A stretch of DNA of 60,184 nucleotides, the filler included, from Sphacelaria rigidula (taxonomy: Eukaryota), in assembly GCA_964200075.2 (NCBI GenBank). It is 6 parts of 6 records of this genome, joined end to end, with 100 filler letters (N's around TTAATTAATTAA, not from the genome) between each part and the next. Parts side by side here need not be neighbours in the genome. Positions count along the whole stretch, not along the records: positions 10,050 to 19,997 come from CAXNAA020007434.1; positions 20,098 to 30,044 come from CAXNAA020007435.1; 4 more parts are not named here. The stretch is one strand, 5' to 3'. Under the pieces are notes generated by a model that saw only the letters and a list, made by a program, of their open reading frames with translations, made no database searches and was not told the origin of the DNA. This document shows, piece after piece, positions 11,195 through 21,289 of this stretch (its first letter is position 1; each line of letters starts with the position of its first letter). The position numbers and the translations under genes are program-made.

Positions 11195-13890
11195 TTCTGA
11201 GTATTTATCGATAGCAATTACCGTCAATAGATTTGGTGACTCATTTATCGATATCCATTGCCGTCATCAACAAATTTGGTGGGACATCTATCGAAAGCAA
11301 TAGCCTTCATCGATAGATACTGTGAGCCGTCTATCGGTAGCTTTTGTCGTCATAAATAGATTCGGTGAATATCCTATCGATAGCCTAGGCGGCCAACAAC
11401 GGATTTTTCGGGGATCCACCAACCGTTATTGCCGTCAACAATTCATTGCTTCAGGGAGCATCTATCGATAGCCAGTGACGCTAACGATAGGTCTTGATGA
11501 ATACATCGCTCACTGCAGTGGTCAGATGACATCAACGGCAGTACCCCTCACACACGAGCGCGCGACCACCTGAGTCGATAGCTGGCCAACCATTTTTCGA
11601 TCGAAAAAATGCGGTCGAGAACAAAACCCAATCTGATATGCCGTGATATGAACATAAATGGTGACACTTGAATCACGACCTGCAAAAGTGGATTTCAATT
11701 TTTCCACCGCACATTTGTGACCGAAAAATGAGGTGCCAACACACGGCCTAACGTGAAGACATTTTAGAAAAAATGTGCACATATCGCTGAGCCGCACGCC
11801 CCGGTGGCTCAGTTGGTAACCTCGTAACAGTCTGGTGGCTGAGTTGTGGGGTTCGATTCTCGGAGCGGTCTGGGGTTTCTTCTTACACCATGCCAACAGT
11901 GGAGAGCGACTACGTCGTGGGTACACAAAATTCGACTTCAGAGTCGACGACGGAAAAGGACTGCAAAGGGACTGCTGAACCCCCCTCGCGATAAAAAAGA
12001 AAGGCAAGCACCGCACGAGGATGGTGGGGTACTAAACAAAAAGAAAAGCTGCTGTGTTAACCTTCTTTCTGTGTGACCCCGGCTGATGCGCCCACATATC
12101 CCGAAAGGGGTAGACTGGCGTCCAGAAGAAATGGGACGACAACACACACACACATATCGCTAGTGACCGACGCCATTCAGCTCCTCACACCTTTCAGATA
12201 GTGTTGTGGGCAGCGATAGACATCAGTGGCGACGATTCCGATTATTTTGTAATCGGCAATAGAGATGGGAGGGCGCACTTTCGAACCTTTTGTGATCAGC
12301 AATATGTATTGGAGTCCGCGTTGCAGATCCTACTGTCATAGGCGATAAACGTTGCTGGCCGCCGTTTAGAGCCTATTGCAACGAACAGCATGTGTCGGTA
12401 GATAACATACGAGCTGGGCCAGCGTAAAAACGGATTTAAGCTCTCAAAGCGACATCTCAACGACACAGACGAGTTGGGCCGTGATCCGCATATCGTATTG
12501 ATCGTCCAATCAAGGGGAAGGTGCCCATCTGCTCACAAATCTGGGCCAATTTTTTCTCGTCGAGTAAACTACATGTATAGTAATTTCTATACCTAGCGGA
12601 GATACGTTCACACTAAAAACTATATAAAACCTGAACGATCGATCAAGCGGATGATGACGATTTTTGGTGTGGACCTTCCCTGGAGCACGGGGAGACGATA
12701 TATACCCGCACTTTCACCTAGTTCGTAATCTATCTCGAGAAATGGCGCACATAGGGTTCTATACTAATATCAGTATATTACGAGCAGAGGCACTAGATGA
12801 CCTAAATCTGGATATCGCGTCTCAGTTTTTGAGAGTTGCGCTATGAAATTTGGTATAGAGAACCGCTAGTGCATAATGACATGAAAAATACAGCTGTTTC
12901 GTTTTTTTTCATATTTGGTCGTGATTTTAGGGGGGTTTAGAGGAGAAATGAACACTGCTCTCGGGACTCATCTCAATTTTTCAGCTCATTTTTTAGAATT
13001 ATGATTTGATACTTGACATGGAAAACGACAGAGGTATGCCGAGTAAAAACGCTCATTTTCATCAGAAGAAAAACCCGAGCACCAGCACCACCACAACAAC
13101 AACAACAACAACACTCGTGAACTTTTGTCAACACATGCTGGGGATGCCAGTACAGTTGACCACTTGGTAGGTCTCGAAAATAATGACTTGGTTTTTTCGT
13201 GAACTCCGAAATCCGAATGATTCATGAGCTGCGCTCCTAGCGTGCGCAGAACGCGTTTTTGTCTTAATCGACGCCGACCTGAGGTCTAGTAACGCAAACT
13301 TCGCCCAGAGCATATTCTACACGTTCCTTGACCGAGGGTTCTCGGTATGCCTTCGTCGGGGTTAGGGTTGGGATTAGCGTTATTTGAAGTCATAAGTTCC
13401 CGAGAATGTTTCCTGCCCTCCAAGCGGTGAAGTAACCTTGCGGATTCATACAAGTACTACAAGGCGTTCCGAATTTGCACGCTCGCAACGTCATTTTTTC
13501 ACAAGTGGTATCATGATAAACCCACTCCATGCTCACCTGCGGCTTCTCTACCGTATTCCGAGTAAAATTTGCTCTATACAAGGGATGTTGCTATGTAGGT
13601 GTGGCAATAGACGACATATAATATACATCTGTAGGCATTGTTCATCACCGTAGATCATGATATGCATCTACTGCAACGATATTCATTACCCCATCCACAG
13701 ATTTTGCACCCCATTCATCAACTGCGATTCCCGTCAACAGATTTGGCGCATAATCTATCGATATCATTTGTCCCCGTCAACGAGTTTCGTATCCAGTTAA
13801 TCAATTGCAATTGCCGCCATGAAGAGATTTGGCCATGATCCATCAATAGCCAGCGCCGTCACAACGTTTTGGAAAGCTATCGATCAATAT
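11195..13890 (+). repeat. Degenerate ~43-bp minisatellite, interrupted by insertions (blocks about 11195-11500 and 13690-13890)
   Basis: Consecutive units of 40-43 bp have the approximate consensus CTATCGATAGCAATTGCCGTCATCAATAGATTTGGTGAxxxAT. The period is not a multiple of 3. Confidence 0.6.
11789..12150 (+). mobile_element. tRNA-derived SINE, full length, with 11-bp TSD
   Basis: A box TGGCTCAGTTGG, B box GGTTCGATTC and a (CA)n tail are present. TSD CACATATCGCT lies at 11778-11788 and 12151-12161. Confidence 0.9.
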
Positions 13891-14677
13891 ATTCGGTCTG
13901 CGGAAAAACAGTTTAGTGAGCCTGGTATCCACCGCTTCAATGCAGACGGGGTCCTCACCACCTTGTGCGTATGCGGCCACGATTTTGAGACCTTGCTTTT
14001 GTATCGATCAACACATCCTCCAAGTTTCGGCGTCGTCACAAGCGAGGTGTAATTTTCCTTCACACACAACCTTCAAAAACACCGCCTCCATATTGGGAAA
14101 AAAAAACAACACCGCGCATGCTGGGACGTCTGACACCGAACAGCTGACTTTCATCTGTGATTTCGCTCTCTGTAAAATCAAAGGGTACAGTTTAGAGCAC
14201 TCTTCCAACGCGGAATTGCCCTTCATGCACCCGTGAAGCGGCGCAGGATAAAGCAGCAGCTGGCGGCGCGTAGGATGAAGTGAGGCAGACATAGATTTCT
14301 TTCTGTGAGCAGAGACAACGGCTCGGAGATGAAACGTGGCGATAACGGCATCTTTTTCATCTTGTTTTCAGTACAGTTAGCCAGCCAGTGTCACGAACAT
14401 GGCGTCTGTTTCGAGTTTCCACTTGTATTCGATTTCCTCACGTTGAATATCTGTACCCAAGAGTATCGATCTTTCAACGCGGTTTTCTAGGCAACCAAGC
14501 AGAGGATTGGACTGCGGTTTGTTTCGTGCGATTCCCACACTTTCAAGCTAAAACTAGGTAAACGTGTTCGCGGGTTCTTCACGCGTGAGACACAGCCGCA
14601 TCGAACCGTAATTTGTTGAAGAGTGCTTCTCTTGATTTTTTTCTTGTTCAAATTGATCTTTTTGGGCTTCTCGGGTC

Positions 14678-15080
14678 CGCTGCAGCGATTCGAGCAAATC
14701 GCCAACAATGTTCACTAGCTCCTATATGTATGCAGGGGCTGTCAAGTGCCTAGACCGGCTTCCTTCTTCTGTCGAGAAAAGCGCGATCAAGTGCTACAGC
14801 TGTTTTGTTCGGCAGAGATCCGACCACCGGATGACGTGTTGATTATTCCTCCGCGTTTCAATTATTTTCACGGAGAAATTTTTTTTGCGCTGTAGCGATT
14901 AGAACAAATCGCCAACAACGTTCGCTAGTTCTCGTGTGTATGCGGGGGGCTGTGAAGTGTCCTAGACCGGCTTCCTTCTTGTGTCGAGAGAAGCGCGACG
15001 AAGTGCTACAGGTGTTTTGTTCGGCAGAGGTCCGACCACCGGATCACGTGTTGATTGTTCCTCCGCGTTTGAATGATTTT
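14678..15080 (+). repeat. Tandem duplication, ~210-bp period
   Basis: CGCTG(C/T)AGCGATT..CCTAGACCGGCTTCCTTCTT..CCTCCGCGTTT occurs at 14678 and 14888. Confidence 0.85.
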
Positions 15081-16171
15081 TCCCAGTGTTTTTTTAGTCG
15101 TTGTGCCTCCCATCACCGCCGTGACGGTACGACATGCATGGTTGTATAACCACAGCTTGTGCAGCACCACGGCACCACCACTTGCGGGACGCCTCTTCAT
15201 CAACTGGTCGGAAAAAATGGTTAACTCGAATAATGAGGTGCCTCCCACATAACTCGAACGCCAACCCTAATCCTGACCGCGACGAAGACATGCCGAGAAC
15301 CCTCGGGCGAGGGGAGTGCAAAGTGCTCCTTAGGCACAGTGAGCGTTTCCAGAGCTCAAATAGATGCCTTTCAGCCGATTTTGGAACAAAACACGTTCTG
15401 GACAAACTGGGTCTACTGCTCACCACTGCTCACCTGTATCTGTTGGTGGTTTCATCCATCGGCCCGACTGACACTAAAACGAGTATGTTTTGATATCAAC
15501 AATTTTCCAGACCAGTTGGTAACGTCTGTTGACTTGCGGCGCGAAACAACCCACTGTAACCGAAAATTCCATTTTGACCTCCTTTTCTAATTCCGCTGCA
15601 CATCAACTCCAACTCTGTACACTCCGCAGCTGACTACTATTTGGTATTTCGTTCGACGGGACTGTGTCGTATTGTAGTGCTACGTGGATTGAAAGAGAAG
15701 CGTTAATCTACAGATGACCATGATGTATCATAGGACGCACAAGTCGCGATACATCGTCAGTTAGGACGGGCCGACGAAAAAGGGCTTCTTGGGCGGCCTA
15801 GCTTGTATCCAGCACTTTAATACTCTATATGATCGACGGCAGTAGTACAGACCAAGGAAACGGTGCGTGCACAACAGTGACGACGGACACGCTCTTCAGG
15901 GCGCTCAAAAAAACGCTCGACTGTTTGAATGTAGACAAATCCGAACTGCTCCAAGATTGCGAGGGAGCACATCCTTCACCAGAAGATCGTGTTGTGTCAA
16001 GGCAAAATCGCTTTCATGGAGCTGTCGCACTCCTCGACGGCGAACCGCAGAAGTACTCCTGCTGTATTTTCTACCCAATTGAACGAGTCCAACAACAAGT
16101 ATCACCGAAACATGCCACTCTCGACACGGGGACAAACTACAACGCGAAGCCTGCCGCTCAAAATCGCTTAC

Positions 16172-16740
16172 CCTCGACAAGCTCCATCGGGCGAAATGGA
16201 CTCGCCCAGAAATCCTCCACCAGAAAGAGATATCCGGAGCAATTCTCCGTTCCCTTTCCCCGTGTCCACCTCAGTCGGTGGCGTCGGTTCCGCCGTAGCA
16301 GCGGGATCGATGTCGGCTATCAAATCTTGCTCGGTTGTTCGGGGATCTGCCCTCCAAAACCCCAGCACCCCGCGCGGGATGCCTATTCGAGAGAATGTCT
16401 CGACGAGGTGGCGATACGTGTAGAGATTTAGTGCGCACTTTGCAGCTTCAATCTGTGAGGAAGGTATAATTTCGAGGGCACGGAGCTTCCAAAGCTGCTC
16501 GGTGAAGGGTATGTGGCGGAAGCGGCGGCAAACCGAGCCAAGCCGGCAGATGGCTTTCGAGGAGCAGAAAGTGGCGACCATTGCGGTCACGTCATCGCCG
16601 ACGGCCCGCGTTGCATCTTGTTTAATCCGTGAGGTGCTGAAGCCTGCAGCCGCGGCAGCAGCGAAGGTGACTGCATGCCTCGAAGTCGCTTGTGATAAGC
16701 CGCAGCGGTCGAGATCTCGTTTGTTCTTGATCGCGCTCAT
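16172..16740 (-). CDS. Exon 1 of an F-box protein with FBXO31-like motifs; downstream exons unresolved (phase-compatible candidate starts at 14302)
   Basis: ATG at 16740, F-box pattern VGDDVTAMVATFCSSKAICRLGSVCRRFRHIPFTEQLWK, and donor GG|GTAAGC at 16171. Confidence 0.75.
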
Positions 16741-17878
16741 GGTACAGATGGTGTCTGGTTTGTATCAGGCCGATCGAGTTGAAGTGGATAAGAATGGCTT
16801 GTGTGGAGAACGTCATCTGCTCCGGATGGTGAGTTGGGTTGGGCATCCGTTGGATCCATACTCTGAATGTCAGCTGGCTTTATAAACACGTACGTAATAC
16901 TGACAAGTGGCGCTGCCAACAGAAAGAGACGCTGACTTTTCATTAGGTTCAAGTGAAGTAACACAACGACCACTCGGTGGTATACGCACACACTACACCC
17001 GCTGCTGCTACTGCTGCTGCTGCTGCCGTTCCCATTGCTGCTGATGAAAATATGGTAGTCGAACGGAGGAAAAGCTATGACAATGTTTCACCCTCCTTGC
17101 AGTTGCCACGATGAAATCGACGGGCTGTTATGGATGGCCGCGATGACAGTCCAGACGGCACGACTGTGCCTACAGCAGCAGAGTACATATCCAGAGACAG
17201 AACACTACAGTAGTGGAACTATCGCGCCCATAACCATAATATGATGGATAGCTGTTCCAAAGCACTGCAAACCACTGGGAAACTCAGCAGGGCGTTCGAC
17301 GATGAAGCAGCCAGTGAATCATTAATATGCTACAGTAGAGCTCACCTTTATCTTTGTCGTCTTTTCGGGTCCCTTTGCTTCGGGCTGTGTGTTGTCGTCC
17401 CATCTGTCTACAGAATGCGCGATGGTGTACTGATGCGAGAGGGGCGGCTCAGTCTCCGTAAACCTGAAGCAGATAATGATACAAGACACGTAGTACGAAC
17501 GATCTCGTCAACAGATTACGTCAGCAGCATTTGTCGAATTTTTGAGGAAATCATTGAAATAATCACCATGACTCAGGACTGAATATATGATGTGGGATGT
17601 GGGGCCAATCAAAGACAAAAAGACGTCCCTGTCATACCGACCAATTCCCGTCCTAACAATTAAAACTTATAAATAATGGGTCATGATTTCAACCATCTTT
17701 GAAATTAACGATAATGGTTGAAATTACGACCTATCAGATCGGAGTTTTTGCTTTCCACCGCACAATTTCGATCGAAACTAATGTGCTAAGATAGGCCCTT
17801 ATTGGGGTGTTTGCGCGGATGAAACTCGGGTTTGGTCCTGAAGTTGAGCGAGATGCACTCTCACCCGACTTCGGTTAA

Positions 17879-17976
17879 ACCTTGGACCGCGAGGTTAGTC
17901 TTCAGTTGAATCGGAATCAATTTCAAGTGAAAAAAAGTATCCATGATCCAGCAAGACTAATCTCGCGGTCTAAGGG
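17879..17976. mobile_element. Tiny piggyBac-like MITE
   Basis: TIR ACCTTGGACCGCGAGGTTAGTCTT / AAGACTAATCTCGCGGTCTAAGGG, flanked by TTAA and TTGA. Confidence 0.65.
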
Positions 17977-18478
17977 TTGAACAACTAGCTGACCCCACCG
18001 ACCACGGTGATGTGAAGACCAACGTTGGGTGTTGGGCCGGGTTGGGCTCGGTCTTTCCTATTGGCCAACAATCTCAAGTCCGCTCGATCTTTACCGGTAC
18101 GGTTTTTTGGGAAGCAAATTCGCCCCCAAAGTATGCAGCAAAAATATCGTTTTGATCTTCCAGTGGTTGATGTTCTAGATGTTCATGCTATTGGTCGGCA
18201 GACCCGGAGGGTTTTCCGTCCTCCCGGCACATACCACACCAGCTCTATCACCGCGCGTAGGACGTACACCAGACCATACGCCGAAGACGGTTGGTGTGAC
18301 ATTGGTGTTCACATGAAGTCAGCACAACAGCATGTGCACAAAGAGAGAGGGTTGAGCACAACTTGACACAGACAGCGAGTAGCACGAACAAGATGAGACA
18401 AACGTTACGTGAATAAGGGTTGCATGGAAGTTTAGAGAAGAAGGAAGGAAGCATGCAATACAGCAAGACACGTTTTTC

Positions 18479-19381
18479 GGCTCACCTCCTACAGATAAGG
18501 CTGAGTCGAGGTGAATTGAAAGAGTTTCGCGCAAACCGCGATCATGGCCGGTCGTTTAAAAATCGGCCCTCGGCAAAAATTGAGGACCCATCTGAAATGA
18601 GAGGAAGACCCATCAGATTGGACATGTGCTGTTTCACCGTGCTGCAGCCCAAACATACTCACGCTGTTTCTCATGTGCTGTAGCTGTCACTTGTGCTATG
18701 GTGTGTTCGGGCCTTTGCGAAGACGGTTTGATCTCCGCTGGGACTGCGTTGGTTGCCTTACTGTATCACTGCGTTGGTCTTTACAGAAAATGAGCGAAAT
18801 TATGTTTTTCGGCAGGCAGTCCTGTATACACACTACTACTGTTGTCGATGCTGGCTGTTTCGTCTCACGTCAAACGAACAAGGCGCTTCCCACACCCATA
18901 ATTTTTTTATGCTGTATTCAGATGTCGCTGTACTGTTGTGCATTCAAGCACTCTACGACGAACATGGCATCATGTGCGCTGGAGAGGGTCTGAACAAATG
19001 TACTGCTGTATGCCGTGTTTCGGTTTGCACAGAATTTGGGTGGGATCAAGATGCTGTGCACAAAGCTGAAATTATTACGTGACTGCAGCTGGTCTTTTGT
19101 AGTCCAGTTAGTTGCAGTCGGGTGCTGTGGTCAGGAAAGACACGCAAGGTGGACGCGTGCAGGTTGGGGCAATCAAACTGAGCCAGCACGAAGGTGCTGT
19201 ATCCCAAGCGGTTGATGAAAGCAGCTGTCAGGCTTGATGTCTCATTCTTTACCTTATTCCAGGCGGGTCCTCCTTTTTGACGAGCGCCGATTTTTAAACG
19301 CTCGGCGATGATCGCGCTTCGCGCCAAAATCTTGTACCTCACCTCGAGTCATCCTTATCTGTGGGAGGTGCAGGGTGAGCC
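18479..19381. mobile_element. Non-autonomous element with long (~130-bp) imperfect TIRs
   Basis: GGCTCACCTCCTACAGATAAGG..TTTAAAAATCGG..GAGGACCC at the left end matches the reverse complement of 19250-19381. Confidence 0.7.
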
Positions 19382-20097
19382 AGACAGTGTTAAGCCGGGG
19401 ATTAGTGTCACGTTTCCCACCATCATCCCCCAAATACAGACGCGACTGAGGCAAAGAAGTGCGCAGATGGTTATTTTGAAAATAAAGCGATACATGGCTG
19501 TAGTATGTATCTGAAGCTACCTTCTCATCCCAGTCCGGCTCAATTCCACCCAGTACAGCTCACAAACCAGCCATGAATATCCCTAAAACAAGTACTGCCT
19601 CGTTGTACAAGCGAGAAAGTCAATTTCCAAGATGTCCCTCGGACACGCAACCGAAGATTGCTGATACTGTACAGATGCCTGCACGCTGAAACTCTGCAGC
19701 GTGGTGAAGCTAACTACTAGCCGTCGTTCAAGCCTAAGAGTGCTTTGATTGGGGATCGGGATAGTGCAGTATCTTCCTAAAAATATCTTCACTTTACTCC
19801 CGTTTTTTCATCTGCCACAGCGGTCCGCGCTGCCAGGAACTGGAGGGCTAATAGGCATACGTTTTATCTACACAGAGCAACTTGATTTGCCTCTGGATTT
19901 GCCGTGTGTATCGAGATACAGAGGCGGTCACCACTTAAGAATACCTTATTTTGAGCGAGGCTCAGTTCTTGTTGGCTGCCCCAACCCGAGCACAAGTNNN
20001 NNNNNNNNNNNNNNNNNNNNNNNNNNNNNNNNNNNNNNNNNTTAATTAATTAANNNNNNNNNNNNNNNNNNNNNNNNNNNNNNNNNNNNNNNNNNNN

Positions 20098-21278
20098 ATC
20101 TTCGACTTAGAGGGTAAACGCGGCGAAGTCAAACCGGTCTACCCCCGAGCAGTCGATATTGGTCACAGTACCCTTGGCCGCGTCCACACATTGCTCATCG
20201 GCTAAACATCTGGGTGAGGCAGTAACGACAGCTCCCTGCTGCGGTACGGAACCCCTGACTGAGATTCGATGCTCCGGCGTTGTCAACCACACCCCCGCGG
20301 CCCCTCGTATTGGGCCAAAACGTGTCACTACTGGGCGTACTTGTTAGCGGTGCAAACTCCAACTAGGTTGAATCTTCCGGTAGGGGTTGGTGGCTTGGAC
20401 AGGAGTTTGTGGCAAACCAACGATTCTGCTCACAATCTTCTTCGACCTTTAGTCTTTTCCCATGATACATATGTTCCATCGGCACTGTTACATGTTTTTC
20501 CTCTTCATTTTTTGCTCATGCCTTTCCCCACTCTGCTTGTTGGGAGCTTGTTTCTGTTCTCCTTGTTTTGTTTTCTGATTCCACTCCGTTTACCTTTAGT
20601 TTTGGTTCATTCCACTTTATGGTTTTCAGTGAGCGCTCTGTTTTGTTCATCGTAGGTACATTTATGTTGAGGCCACAGCTACGCCCCTCGAGGACCAGCT
20701 GATGTACAACAATCAATCACCTAGTCAAGTCAATATGGCAGAAGGCGATTCAAGTTTCTCCGCATGGTCGATGAGTTCTTGTGAAGCATTAGTCTAAGGG
20801 GTTGTCGTTGAAGAGTTTGTGAGGCTCAGCCCCGTCATAAAGCTGACATACTGTATTTTCTGTCGGTTCCGCTTCCACTCAATATCCACATAACGTCCGT
20901 AGGGGGGCCGGCAGTTCAGAAGCACCCATCACCAACAGACAAGTTGGTGGGAAGAGAGTTGAAAATTTCCTCCGTCACAAACGCAGAGTACAGGCAGGGG
21001 TGGTGGTGTACCTCTTCTACCCCCCTGCTCGCACCCAGACCCGCGGGTAGATAGTACGACGGCGTCCAAACGCAGGTGCCAAGCTGCCAGCCCTCCTGTA
21101 TCTCTTCTACTGCCTCGTCTGTCTCTAGACCCTCTGACATCCAGCCCCCTTCAAATCGCCCGATATCGCCCATGGGTCAGTTAGGGTCAGGGTTTGTTGT
21201 CTTTCAAGTTGCACAGCACATTTATCTTCGTCTGAAGAAGAATATACTGGGAGGTTTCATGGAAATCGGTACATGACA
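20098..21278 (-). mobile_element. Candidate LTR retrotransposon 5' end (LTR 21278-20323, PBS-like 20317-20301), truncated by contig end
   Basis: TGTCA...TGACA termini are followed on the minus strand by TGGCCCAATACGAGGGG, resembling a tRNA-Lys-type PBS. There is no second LTR for confirmation. Confidence 0.35.
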
Positions 21279-21289
21279 ACCCCAGACCG

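Noticed and set aside
11195..11500. CRISPR-like array
   Set aside because: The units are degenerate tandem copies without unique spacers, there are no cas genes, and the context is eukaryotic.
11798..11870. tRNA gene (also at 28400-28460, 42821-42890, 45180-45240)
   Set aside because: A and B boxes are present, but there is no intact cloverleaf or acceptor stem. Each continues into a shared body and microsatellite tail, so these are SINE heads.
12080..12125. Hammerhead ribozyme in the SINE 3' end (CTGATG...GAAA)
   Set aside because: The core reads CTGATGC rather than CTGANGA, stem II cannot form, and GAAA is better explained as a tetraloop.
15829..16885. Plus-strand ORFs of 200, 144 and 127 aa
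   Set aside because: They are antisense shadows of the F-box exon and have no recognisable motifs.
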